From Dicyema japonicum (lineage: Eukaryota; Animalia; Dicyemida): a DNA stretch of 64,000 bases. A program made the position numbers and the translations under genes. The notes beneath the pieces were generated by a model. That model did no database searches, was not told the DNA's origin, and worked only from the letters and a program-made list of their open reading frames with translations. This document shows, piece by piece, positions 1-11,559 of this stretch. The stretch's first letter is position 1; the number at the start of each line of letters is the position of its first letter. The stretch spans positions 572,902 to 636,901 of the forward strand of contig RDEW01000035.1 of assembly GCA_011109175.1 (NCBI GenBank), in the 5' to 3' direction.

Positions 1-210
1 GGTCGGCCAGGTCTTCTAATAATATTGCTTAGCATAATGGTTCTTTCCATGGAGTCAGAGCGGACAACGCCCAAAGAACGTTAATCTGTTTTTTACGATT
101 TTTCTTTTTAGCGAAATGTCCGTCTCCACCCGTTTGAGTACATCGATGTTTGTTATTTTGGAAGTTTAAGGGATTCTTAGTAACCTCCAGCACCACAGTT
201 CAAATGACGG
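1..210 (-). mobile_element. RTE (BovB-like) LINE 3' fragment
   Basis: Reverse complement matches the RTE copy at ~17800-18015 (ITNIDVLKRVETDISLK...RSDSMERTIMLSNI). Confidence 0.8.
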
Positions 211-229
211 CCAAGTCAAGAGACACTAA

Positions 230-420
230 ATAAAAAAATTCGTCAATATAATATTCAATATTTAAAATATGGTTTTATCACATCTCCTAATGATGAAAGA
301 CGACCTTTTTGTTTATTATGGTCAAAGTCATTTTCTAACGAGGCTATGAAGCCTTCTAGATTCAGTCAGCATTTACGAAGGGTTCTTATATTTTACTAAA
401 ATATAGGTCCATTCAACTAA
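230..420 (+). mobile_element. hAT (Buster/Charlie-type) transposase N-terminal remnant
   Basis: Translates to YGFITSPNDERRPFCLL..SFSNEAMKPSRFSQHL, typical of the BED-finger region; appears to continue at 1724. Confidence 0.65.
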
Positions 421-505
421 CTCCAACCAGGACGTTTTTCCAAAAGTTTCTGGGGAAACAAAAAATCAACGGAGCCTGGAGAAATTATTCTCCAGTATGC
501 AATAG

Positions 506-662
506 TAAATGGTTTATTAGTATTATATATACTACATTCCAATATTAAATGGTTTATTAGTATTATATATACTACATTCCAATATTAAATGGTTTATTAG
601 GAGAAATTATTCCATTATCTGTTTCATGCTGTTTTCTTCATGCTGTTTTCTTCATGCTGTTT
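506..662. repeat. Two small tandem repeats: a 40-bp unit x~2.4 (506-600) and TTCATGCTGTTTTC (14 bp) x~3 (623-662)
   Basis: Direct inspection; GGTTTATTAG recurs at 511, 551 and 591. Confidence 0.9.
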
Positions 663-1721
663 CTGCCTAATATTCAAACGTCGACGTAATATTTTTTCCA
701 AAAAAACACAACTTCCTTAATTCAGCCATGTGACCAAGGATAATACAAGCATTTAAGAATCATTTCAATAATTGGATGATGAAAACGATTATCTATGATA
801 AAAATCCTGTAGCTCAAATAGATGAAGCAATAAAGGGAATCACAATATTGGACGCTATTTCATGTTCGAAATTGGCATGGGCGAGATTACGGAAACTTCA
901 ATACGAGATTGTTTTGAAAAGGCTTTGGAATATGACTGTCGGGAAAAAGAGGACACCGGAGAAAGTCTATTTGATTTGGATATTGTGGAGAATGCGATTT
1001 TGGATAGCTTCTGGGATGATAATAGTGATGAAGAGGACTGCAGCGAACACTTTCTGGAACATTTGGATGATCAGCAAGTTATAAAAAAATGCGGAATGCG
1101 AATTCACAATGCTGCTAAATGTTATTAAGCAAGAGACTCTGAAAAATGTCTTTGATCTATACAGATTCAAAGCAAATATTATAAGTTCGATTCGAAAAAA
1201 TACAAAACACTCGATTAAAATTAACAGATTTTTTATTAAAAAATAAAAATTGTAATTATCCGTCTTGGTTATATTATTAAGGATAATAATATGCTGCCAT
1301 GTGGTGTTTCGTGGCTAAGTGTTGAAGTTTATGTTTGTTCGTCTGTTCCTCCTCTCTCTTCCTATCAGAGTGGCGTCATGTGATCCACCTGTCTAGGTGC
1401 CGCCCAGTGCCAGGCTGGCATGAAAAAGGATCATTTGCTTTTCCCCACTCCACTGGAGGGGTTTCCACAACTGCAACTATGGATGTCTTTTTCCTTTTTT
1501 GCTGATTCTGGATGGACTCTGTAAAAGTGGAAACTGGATACACTTAATTAGTTGTTTACTTTAACTTCTTTCTCGGTGTATCCGGGGTTAATAAATAAAA
1601 AAATAAATAATGATAATTAAGGTAAGACATTGAACAGGGGAGACCCAAATTTAAGGAAAACCCTTTTTTTTGGGAAAACCTCAAAATTGGGAACAAATTT
1701 CCCCAATTCGGGGTCGCACTG
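660..1721 (+). mobile_element. pogo/Tigger DDE transposase remnant with right TIR
   Basis: NTTSLIQPCDQG-IIQAFKNHF and ITILDAI motifs; ends GGGGTCGCACTG|TA at 1721, a CAGT-type TIR with TA target. Confidence 0.75.
1293..1612 (+). mobile_element. SINE-like family A, copy 1
   Basis: ~300-bp element with an A-rich tail; inverted copies at ~22715-22968 and ~27115-27445. Confidence 0.8.
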
Positions 1722-1723
1722 TA

Positions 1724-3211
1724 CCATAAATTCATGAAGTACTAAAAACAGTAATGCACCAACCTTTCCAGAATATTATTAAGTCGATTTCGCTTAGCAA
1801 CAATACGATACAGAGACGTATGATATGGCTTTCGATGTGGAAAACGATCTTTGTTTAATACAGACAAGTACGGAATTCAGTCTACAATTAGAAGAGTCAA
1901 TACTTCCTGGAAATGACTCATTATTGCTTGCATATGTACGTTTTATCAAGGATGGTCGAATTATGCAGGAATTACTTGTTCTCGAAAGCTTAAAATTGAT
2001 ACAAAGGGAGAATCAATGTTCGACAAAGTCCATAAAGTTCTCTGTCTTAAAGATATACCATTAACAAATATAGTGATGGGGCACCTTCAATGATTAGTCG
2101 CTATCGCGGTTTTATGGCAAACTTAAAGTAACACGTACCAAGTGACTATTCATTGTGTGATCGACAGCATCTGGTGGCTAAAAATACAAATGGTCGTCTA
2201 CGTGACTCTCTCAATACAGTTATTTTTGCTATTTACAAAATTAAATCCAACTCTTTAAATTCAAGTCTTTGTCGAGAGATATGCACTGAAAATGAAGATT
2301 TTATACGACCATTAATACACACAGAAGTACGTTGGTTATTAATGGGCGACTGTTTGGCGCTTATATTCTCTCTTTTCAGCACTGCTGTAGAATTTCCCAA
2401 ATCTTTAAACTCTCAAATTGGCCCGGAACTAGAATCCGTTAAACATGATGTAGCTTAGTTAGCAGATATCTTTGCTAAATTTATGAACTTTATGGGAATT
2501 TACAATTTTCTGATTTTAATTTAATCAAGGTATTATTTTTATAATCAATTTAGGCAAAGTCACTTATTTCTGCTTTTATTTCGAAACTACCTTTATTTTG
2601 TAGAAATATTGGCAGGAAAAAATTAATCCAATTTCCACGGCTCAACAACCTTAAAGACTTTCTTTTTGAAGATGACTTCGAAATTTATATTGAACATTTG
2701 ATCAATCTTGAACAAAATATGAAGGGACGTTTCAAAGATTTATTTAAACTCAAAGTTCCAGATTGGGTAATAGACCCCTTTCAGAATGTAGATGACGTTT
2801 AATCTTGTTGTCAAGAGGAACTAATTATATTAATAAACTATTTAGAAATTAAACCCACTTTTAAACACCGGTCGTTTCAAGATTTTTGGTTACAAAAAGA
2901 TATTCATGAAAAATATCCTATGTTATGGAAAAAATCAAAATTGTTTTTTATTGCTTTCCCCACTTTTATTTGGTTGAGAGAGGCTTCAGTATTGTATCAC
3001 AGGTAACCAAAAGAAGAAACCGCATGGACATTGTTGAAAGAGGAGATCTACGAATTAGGCTTACAAACATGAATTCAAATATTGAGAAACTTGTGTCAAC
3101 TTTTTGCAACATCATTGTTGACATTAATTTTTTTATTTCCAACTCGGTGGGCGATATTTTTTAAAAGTTCGTTAAAGGGGGCGATGACCTGAATAAGTTT
3201 GAAAACCCCTC
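1724..3211 (+). mobile_element. Degenerate hAT/Buster transposase with terminal inverted repeat
   Basis: SLSNNTIQRR, FSLQLEES..LLAYVRFI, HTEVRWL and YLVERGFS motifs; ends AAGTTTGAAAACCCCT. Confidence 0.85.
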
Positions 3212-3619
3212 CTCTAAAAGATAAATAAAAGACTGTGAGACTCTTAGTAACGATATATAGATGAGGTTGAAACTAATTGAGGCCAACTTTTCATAGACAA
3301 AGAGTAATCAGTGGAAGATCGATTCCCTGATATTAAAAATTAAGCAGAATTTGTTGACAGCTAAGGACGCTGAGTGACTGAGGATTTATTATATTAACTT
3401 CGGGAACACTATAGTAAATCAGCAACCAGTTCTCGTGACCAACTCTGAGCAAGTCAATTAAGAAAAAGTCTGACAGTGAAGTCCTTTAGTGATCGGTACT
3501 TAAGTAAGCGTTAGCTTAACACACGAATCTCTAATTAGATGCATTACTAATTAAAAAATTTAAATTTTAATTCAAATAAAATAACTCAGAAATGATAATT
3601 TAAATAAAACAATAAATAT

Positions 3620-4090
3620 TTTAAAAACACCTAGCTCCACAAAAAGGGTTTTGACATTATAACAAAAACTCGATTATACAACTCTCTAGTGAAACCCATA
3701 CTACTGTATAACTGTGGTACCTGGGTCTGCTCAAGAAATGAACTGAGGAGGCTTAATGCTTTTCATAGAGACTAACTACCGCATATGATGTTCGAAAGAA
3801 GTGAACGAGGATGTCATCTAATCTTCTCTATAAAAGGACGAGGACCTCTGAAATTTATATTGAAATTCTGGATACACGATGGAGGCTTTTCGGTCATATT
3901 CTGCGACTGGACCTAGATGCCCCCACGAACGTAGCCATGGAGGATTACTTCATTTTGGAAGCCCCCCGTTTCCGTGGTCGCCCAATGACGACACTGCCAG
4001 TCGTTCTCGACGAGACCTCAAAGAAATGGGACGGCATCTTGGAAGTAGAGAAGATCTTGACTAATTACGTACTGCGCTTTTGAATAGGAG
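3620..4090 (+). mobile_element. RTE-X-like LINE 3' fragment
   Basis: RWRLFGHILRL..PTNVAMEDYF..FRGRP, homologous to the C-terminus of the 49333-51003 ORF. Confidence 0.8.
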
Positions 4091-4234
4091 GAAATTTTTA
4101 TTCCACTTAACCCCCATTTCTGGTAAAATAAACAGTTAGCACTCCCGCGTTGCCATAAGCACGTAAAATGCCTAGGTTTCGACTATCCTCCCAGTCAGCC
4201 CTCTCCATCTAGCTCTGTTCCTCGCGCGTTTACG

Positions 4235-4960
4235 AATATCCTCAAGAACGTCTCAAGTTTTGAGTTGACCGCCAATTCGTGCGTAATCGTTATTCAGGCA
4301 GAGGGGAAGCGTACATCTTGGCCTACCCCGAATTCCAATTCCGTGATTTGAATAGTAATCTTTCATGAATCACTTTGTCCATTCTCAGAACATGACCGAA
4401 ACGTCGCCAGCGTGAGGTAATTACTCTCTGCTTATCGGTTGCATTTACATAATTTGTAAAGAGTGTGGTTTTTGATATTCTGTGGCCATTTGATTCCGCT
4501 ATTTTTCTCAATTGATTTCTATGAAATGTGTCTTGTATGTCAAGGTCCGTTTTTGATGTTCCCCATGTTCCCGAGTTATATAATAGGACTTGTTGTATGA
4601 ACGCGCTATATAAGCGCATCCGAAGATTTAAGGAGATAAGCTTTCTGCGAGTCAAAATACTCCACATCTTTTCAGTACATACGATGCCAACATCTTTTTG
4701 CAAGCAATGTCCTCAGCATCACCCAAAAACGAGCCGTGCCTTTAACTAAACCTCCATTTCTCGCTGAATCGACTCAGACACAAAATCGATGTCATCAGCA
4801 TTTTAATTCCACAAAATGATTATTTTAGTGACCCAATTCTTTTCTAACGTCTCTCAACGCAACTTCCAAATAGATTCCAAAGAGAACTAGCGAAAGCGAG
4901 TCCCCTTGCGGAGTACCAATCCGGTCGTGAATTTTTCTGAAAATAAACAGGAAAATGTTT
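4235..4960 (-). mobile_element. RTE-X-like LINE RT fragment
   Basis: PQGDSL, ADDID, LLYNSGTWG and RWRRFGHVLRM on the minus strand. Confidence 0.8.
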
Positions 4961-5029
4961 AAGACAATGTCACAGAGTAGAAAATCGGTCAGTGCTGTCG
5001 ATTAGTTGTGGGTTCGATTCCAACGGTGC

Positions 5030-6440
5030 TATTTATCTGGTTGAAGAATTCCGCTATGCTCTGCGATCCACCTGTGACCAGTGCCTGACCGGCATTCAAA
5101 GCTTATCTCTCAAAAAGGATTCCTCCGCTCTGTGCACACTAAGCAGATCACATATGAGAAATCGTTCACATTAACAGTAAAGAAAATATCCTCATATTTT
5201 CCGGGAGCTTATTGGTCGACTCGAATAGCACACAACAGATTCTAAAACTGAGGAACAAACGTCGACTTTCTCCGACACACAAAGATTAAGAAGCGCAATA
5301 CACCGCAAGCTTTCCGAAGGCGAAATCTGTGCTGTCGTAAGGATTCTTGTCGATAAAACCCGTATGTTTGAGCCATTCGAACAGTCCTACACAATAGTCG
5401 TTGAGCTACACCCTAATCCCTTAAATGACCAGCTGACCCCCTTACCCTGGACAAATACATTACCTACCTGTTTCTAAGTGGAAGTAAAATATGGGATTCT
5501 CTCCTCCCAGGCAGCAGTGAAGGACTTGATGGTCTCTGTCCGGGGCATCTCAATGACCTCATTTAACACGTGCAGCTCTGATGTCCGGCTTGTGTCGACT
5601 ATCACAAAACTACCTGAAACAATTCGTTACATCATGTTATCTAATACACTCCACTGCTGTGAGTTTTGTTTTCCATCGGTTAGCCTCAAAACTCATATTC
5701 AGAGCAATCCTTCCCAAACTCGTTAAATAGCTGCAACCAGTCCAATTAAGGCTCAGCACTCCCGTTAGTTGTGAAGCAGTAGTATACGTCGTGTGGACAT
5801 TCATACAAAACAAGTGGAATATTCCTCATGTGATTCTCAAATTTGATATTAAAAACTCCTTCAAGACCAAACGTCGTGGTACAATTCCTGAAGATTTGCT
5901 TTGCACTCAGCCTCTCAGTGTACATATCTCCTATGGAAAATCGTCACGCATTATCCACTGCCAATACTTAATTTCCTCGTATTCTGGAGTCCAATAAAAG
6001 TATCCACTGTGACCAGCTCTGTTTAGTCTCGAAATAGGCACTGTCACAGGATGTTGTTCTCATCTTTGAACGTGTGGTACTTGGGTGATTGCAACATCGA
6101 CAGCCAACCAAAGAATTTGTGGGATCTGATACTTCAACTTTACTCTCGGCCTAACACTTCGAAATGTCGATCCTTTCTGCGTTCAGAGAAATATTTGGAT
6201 GCCCCCTTTCAGAGGGCAGAATCATTGACACTCAAATAAAAGAAAAACTAAAAACGACGCTCACACTGCTAAAGATGTTTTCTGAAAAGTCAACAGCGCA
6301 AAACAATCGACTCCCCTCTAGTCCACAACCAAACATCTCACCAACGTTAAATTTGACGACCAAGGATGTGACCAAGCAATCTTATCCGTTTGCTTCGAAG
6401 CAAACTTACCTGTTTTATTAATCAAGATGATTCCTTGACT
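5030..6440 (+). mobile_element. Degenerate CRE-like non-LTR reverse transcriptase
   Basis: Decayed motifs GLDGLCPGHL, KFDIKNSF (cf. DFKNAF), SGVQ..PL and VWYLGD (cf. WYLDD). Confidence 0.6.
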
Positions 6441-6479
6441 CCTAACAGAATCCCAGAAATAAGGAGCAACTGTAAGTCA

Positions 6480-7866
6480 GTTTAATCCAGGCTCTCAGCT
6501 TGGCTCGATGCTCCTCCCTCGATCCTACACAAGCTCGTTGGGGACGAATTTCTCATGATCACGTTGGATCAAGTCTTTTCCGTTATTCCTTCGATTAAGA
6601 TCTCCAAAGGTGTCAGCATCATGTTCTTTTCGTTTCTATCACTCCAAAAGCCCCACGATTTTCTGTGCATTAGTCCAAGAGATGTAAGGTCCCGTGAAGC
6701 ACATGTATAGGAAATGCACGGTTCAATGTTTAGTTCGGGGTGGTTTACGATTTTCCATAGCTCCCGTTAGGTTATTTAACATGCAGCAATAAACAGATCA
6801 CAGCCCACTCCCAGAATTTCAGCCATTTCTTAAATGGCAATGTTCTCTCACTCACTTCAAATTCAATTCACTTGCTTGACATTTTATTTTCCGAAGTTAA
6901 TAGGGATGTGACCAATTTCTTAAGGCTGATTGTCAGTCGGTTTTCGTTCAACCACACAGACAAAAATTCCGGCATTAAGTTAGATTCTTCCTGGGAATGG
7001 AGTCGAAGGCTTTACACACATCTACTAGAACGGTCTTCTGATAACTGGTTTTGTTGAAGAAGCCAGAGTGAATGAAGTTGCTCAAGGAGATTAGATGACT
7101 AGTGGTTGATCAGTTTTTTTAATTCATACTCGAACTGTCTGTCAGGAATAAAGTCCATGATTTTCAAAAAAACACGCTTCTCCAAATTTGGGACATTGAG
7201 CATAGAAAATAACTGTTTTGAATCAAGTCGGGTCTTTTTTTAGTTTTTCAGTCTTCAATATAAGCCGGATGTTCGTCAGTTTCTACAACGGTGGAATCGA
7301 ATTGTGATTTATGAACAAATTATAGACTTTAGTCAGTGTAGAATTCTCTTGTTACCAAGATTTTTCAGAAGTATGATAGAAATCCCATCGGGCCCCATTT
7401 GAATGTGTTAAAAAGTCTGAGTCAGGATTTCTCTTACTTCTTTTTCAGAAAAGTAGGATGACAATGGACCCCTTTTCGGTTTTCTTAATAAGTGGAAGTG
7501 CGTCCGACCTTTCTATAGTCCGTGCGAGTTGCCAAGACATTTAGGTTTTTGGTTGTTGTTGTCTTGGGATGGCCTTTCATCTGCCTTCGAAATTTTATGA
7601 ATTATTTTCTCGACTGTCGACTGATTTCGGTTTAGGAATTTTGAAATAAGTTCATAATTTTCCAATTCCGTTTACGTTCGTTGAGTAACAGAGATCATAT
7701 CCTTATGTTTGCGTCGGTGAAACAGGTGTCCGAGAAGCAGAAATTCTTAACCGAGGTAGAAATGTTCTCCAGATGGAAGAGAAATAATGTTTTTTTTTCG
7801 CGATGCATTAAGTTCACCCTGAGCGCCTCAAGAACTTTCAAAACTGGTAGACCACATGACGCCACG
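6480..7866 (-). mobile_element. Degenerate CR1/L2-like LINE
   Basis: GPDGIS motif at ~7380-7398; 3' end CTCTCAGCTTGGCTCGATG is shared with 25220. Confidence 0.55.
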
Positions 7867-7899
7867 TAACAATTTAATTAATTTATTTATTTTAATAAT

Positions 7900-8760
7900 T
7901 CCGGGAACACCTAAACAGAAAGACAAAAGAGTCAAACAGTTAAGTGATCCCAGTCCCCGCAATCAATTGTGCCATTCGACGTCTGTGATCTTCCATTGTT
8001 CTTTCCAGAAAAGCCTTCTCTCGGTCTTGCAGAGGAATCCGATCGGGGAGGGGAATTTCCTATCCAATCGGTTTTCTCTTGCCATGGAAATGATCAGGCG
8101 AAACGGGTTTCCATCTTCCTCACAGACGCGAAGAAATCCGGAACCACGACTACGGGTCTTAGCTTCCATGAGTAGTGGGTTGACTGTTGATCCATTACGT
8201 GGGCAAAGCACACTTATGGTTTTCTGGTGTATTGAGTTGACTCTGTGGACCATAGTCTCCGATAGGCATACTCAACGGCTGGCGCGATTGTTTGCTGGCA
8301 GAGGGTAGAAACAGAATAGTCCATATTCCTCGAAGTCTCCGGACAAGGCCGCGTAAAACGTTAATTTTCTGGAGGCCCCCGGTGATCATGTCTTTTGCGT
8401 GGGAGTTAAAATTGAGTAGACTGTCGTACTTGACTCCAAGGACAGTGGGGACCTTGTCACTGGAATCCGAGTGGATCAATAAAGATACTCGGTTCATCCT
8501 TAGAACGACGGTCCGAAGTGAAAATGGTACAAATAGACTTGGCTGCAGAAATCGTAGGTCGATTGCCAACAATCAATCGTGGAGAATGTTCAATTTTGCC
8601 TGAGTCTTAAAGGATGCGACTTGCGACGAACGGTTCCGTATTGCAATGACTACATCGTCTGCGTAGGATAATAGCAGGGAATCTTCGTCTCCATCATTAG
8701 GTAGGTCGTGTAGGAATAAGTTGAATAGAATTGGTAAAAGTGGAGACCCCTGGGTAACAA
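7900..8760 (-). mobile_element. Jockey/I-like LINE RT fragment
   Basis: VTQGSPL, YADDV and LGVKYDSLLNF motifs on the minus strand. Confidence 0.75.
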
Positions 8761-8789
8761 TTTAATTATTATTATTTTTTAACACCGTC

Positions 8790-9070
8790 TTAACCAATAA
8801 CTAATATTCAGGTGATCCCGGCATCTCTCAATAATCGGCCCATTTTTTCTCGATGCTCCGACCGTGATCCCACGCATTTTCTATACGGACGAGGGTCTTT
8901 TTCTTTTCCTCTTCTGAAATTGCTTCCAGTTGCCTCTATGATAGACTCGATTGCTCTGTGGGCAATTTCTTTATCTGTATATTTTTCCAGTAATTTTTTT
9001 GCTCTTGACTGGATCTCTTGAATTTTTGTTAGGTTCGTTGCCGACAGGTCCCCATGCAGCACATGCATAG
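8790..9070 (-). mobile_element. LINE 3' fragment, related to 22250-22700
   Basis: Shared ending RPY..EHREKM..LL..GI. Confidence 0.5.
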
Positions 9071-9215
9071 CCTATTGTTGGCTTAGATCCCCATGCAGCA
9101 CATAATTTAATTATTATTTACTCAATTATTAGTTAACTGTATTTACTTAAATAAAATTAAAAATAAATAATAAAATAATAAATAAATTAGTTCGCTAAAT
9201 TCGCATTTCACGAAA

Positions 9216-11089
9216 ATGAGTTATTTGAAAATGAATTCAGAAAACTTCAAATTCGTCAACAAAGTTCAATCCAAAGGCCCGTATTCACAAATTGAAGCCT
9301 TCGAAGGCTTCCTCCATTTATGGATTCACTCTTTTTAAACAAGATTCGACTTCCCAAAATAAGGTAGTAAACCTGATTGAGAACTGTCCTGCAAGTATGT
9401 CGGGAATGATGGAGAATGACATTCTCATTATGGTAAACGACATCAATGTTGAACAAATGGATCATTCCGATATTGTTGATCTCATTAAAAACTCATCCCC
9501 TGAGTTGACTCTTTTGGTGGTTGACGAAAACTCCTATCAATATTTTACCAGTAAGGGAATACGTATTTCAAACGAAATCGACGAAATTGAGAGTTTCTCT
9601 AACCTTAACAGTTAATTTTGGATAATTTCAGGTTCACTCGATGATTATTCTGAAAAATACCAAGACGAGGTCAAAGGTTTATCCATTTGAGGATTATAGA
9701 ATCATCCAATGAGGGCTCTCAGGTAAAGAAGGAAATAGGTTTGCTTATTGAAGAATTCAATTCAGTCAAGGAGGATTCCAAGGAAATAAATGACAAAGGT
9801 TCGCTCATTTGAGGATTTCAATTCAGTCAAGGAGGATTCCAAAGAAATAAATGACAAAGGTTCCCTTATTTGAGGATTTCAATTCAGTCAAGGAGGATTC
9901 CAATGAAATAAATGACAAAGGTTCGCTTAGGATTTTAGGATCATCCAAAGAGGGCTCTCATGTAAAGAAGGAAAAAGGTTCCCTTATTTGAGGATTTCAA
10001 TTCAGTCAAGGAAAATTCCAAGGAAATAAATGACAAAGGTTTGCTTATTTGAGGATTTTAGGATCATCCATGAAGGGCTCTTATGTAAAGGAAAAAGGTT
10101 CGTATATTTGAGGATTTTAGGATCATCCAAGAAGGGCTCTTGTGTAAAGAAGGAAAAAGGTTCGTTTATTTGAGGATTTCAATTCAGTCAAGGAGGATTC
10201 CAAGGAAATAAATGACAAAGGTTCGCTTATTTGAGGATTTCAGGAACATCCAAGAAGTGTCTCTTATGTAAATGACAAAGGTTCCTTTATTTGAGGATTT
10301 TAGGATCATCCAAGAAGGGCTCTTGTGTAAAGAAGGAAAAAGGTTCGTTTATTTGAGGATTTCAATTCAGTCAAGGAGGATTCCAAGGAAATAAATGACA
10401 AAGGTTTGCTTATTTGAGGATTTCAGGAACATCCATGAAGGGCTCTTATGTAAAGGAAAAAGGTTCGCTTATTTGAGGATTTTAGGATCATCCATGAAGG
10501 GCTCTTATGTAAAGGAAAAAGGTTCGTTTATTTGAGGATTTTAGGATCATCCAAGAAGGGCTCTTGTGTAAAGAAGGAAAAAGGTTCGCTTATTTGAGGA
10601 TTTCAATTCAGTCAAGGAGGATTCCAAGGAAATAAATGACAAAGGTTTGCTTATTTGAGGATTTCAGGAACATTCAAAAAGTATTCTGGGATAAGAAAGG
10701 ACAAAAGTTGGCTTATTTAAAGATTTAAGAATCGTCCATTGAGGATTCTGAGATAGACATGTCCAAGGGTTCGATTATTAGTAATTTCCAGGAACTTTGA
10801 GGACGGATTCTGTGATTAGAAAGGACAAGGGTTTGTTTATTAGAGGATTCAGGGTCACCCACTAAGATTACAAAGGAGGTCAACTTCGTAGATTTAACGA
10901 CAAAGACAGGTACTGCTGAGTAATATCTTAGACATATAAAATGACAAATCTCTACAGGACATTGTTAAACAAAATATTCCCGATGATATTGTCGCATACA
11001 AGAATAGTTTGATTTTGAGAGGCAATTGTCTCAGATATCGAAGATCAGAAAGTCTACGCGAACATGTGTTCAAATTGTCCCGAATCTAG
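9216..11089 (+). CDS. NHERF/EBP50-like PDZ scaffold protein with a micro-exon-encoded Lys/Glu/Ser-rich repeat linker
   Basis: PDZ domain ARIHKL..IYGFTL..PASMSGMMENDILIMVNDINVEQMDHSDIVDLIK..LTLLVVD; followed by ~22 micro-introns. Putative tail ends ..REHVFKLSRI* at 11089. The 5' frame needs one correction and there is an in-frame TAA at 10937. Confidence 0.7.
9677..10852 (+). repeat. Intragenic tandem array of ~57-62-bp units, each a micro-intron plus a micro-exon (20 introns, 19 internal exons)
   Basis: Intron consensus GTTCGCTTATTTGAGGATTT(T/C)AG (23 nt) or ...GATTTCAATTCAG (28 nt); exons of 33, 36 or 39 nt, one of 37 nt. Confidence 0.9.
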
Positions 11090-11559
11090 TCCTTAACCTT
11101 AACTATTCTTTTACCTGTTTGGTTAAAATATGCCATTAATATGATTTCATTAAATTTCACATTTTTTGGATTCCACTAAAATGCCTTAGGACTTTTCATT
11201 TTTAATCCTTTTTTCAAGTCTTTGAAGTTCCCCTGGAAGGGAAGCAGTCAAAACTAATGTGGACTTTTAGGACATCTTTCGAAATCCTCTTAACATAAGA
11301 AGGATGGGATTATGGTCGTTGGAAAACCATAATTCACATCCATGTAGCAAGTCATGCCAAAGAGGATGAACATAAGGTTAAATCGGTAGAAGTGCAACTA
11401 TCAGTGTTCCTCAATGGGGTTCTTGTGTAATTTAGGGTCATAAAGGATAATCATATAAGTAAGACCATTTGCGATGAACTCACCTCGTTTGTCAGAGGAC
11501 TGTGAAGCAAGCCAAACGGGGTGTCGGCCATTTAGGTCGCCGCATATTGGAACGTTTTT

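Noticed and set aside
9264-9276. 13-nt intron GTTCAATCCAAAG that would join ATG 9216 to the PDZ frame
   Set aside because: Far below the local size range; a single-base error near the A-run at 9241 explains the shift equally well.
10221-10235. 15-nt introns GTTCGCTTATTTGAG in the array
   Set aside because: Using this internal AG makes exons non-3n and breaks the frame; the 23/28-nt acceptors preserve it.
9677-10852. CRISPR array (conserved ~25-bp repeat with 33-39-bp spacers)
   Set aside because: The spacers are related and repeated, the repeats are bounded by GT..AG, the spacers keep a reading frame, there are no cas genes and the context is eukaryotic.
10937-10939. Stop-codon reassignment (TAA/TAG read as sense, ciliate-like)
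   Set aside because: Long exons of the other genes lack in-frame TAA/TAG, and CCDC65 and IDE appear to end in TAG.
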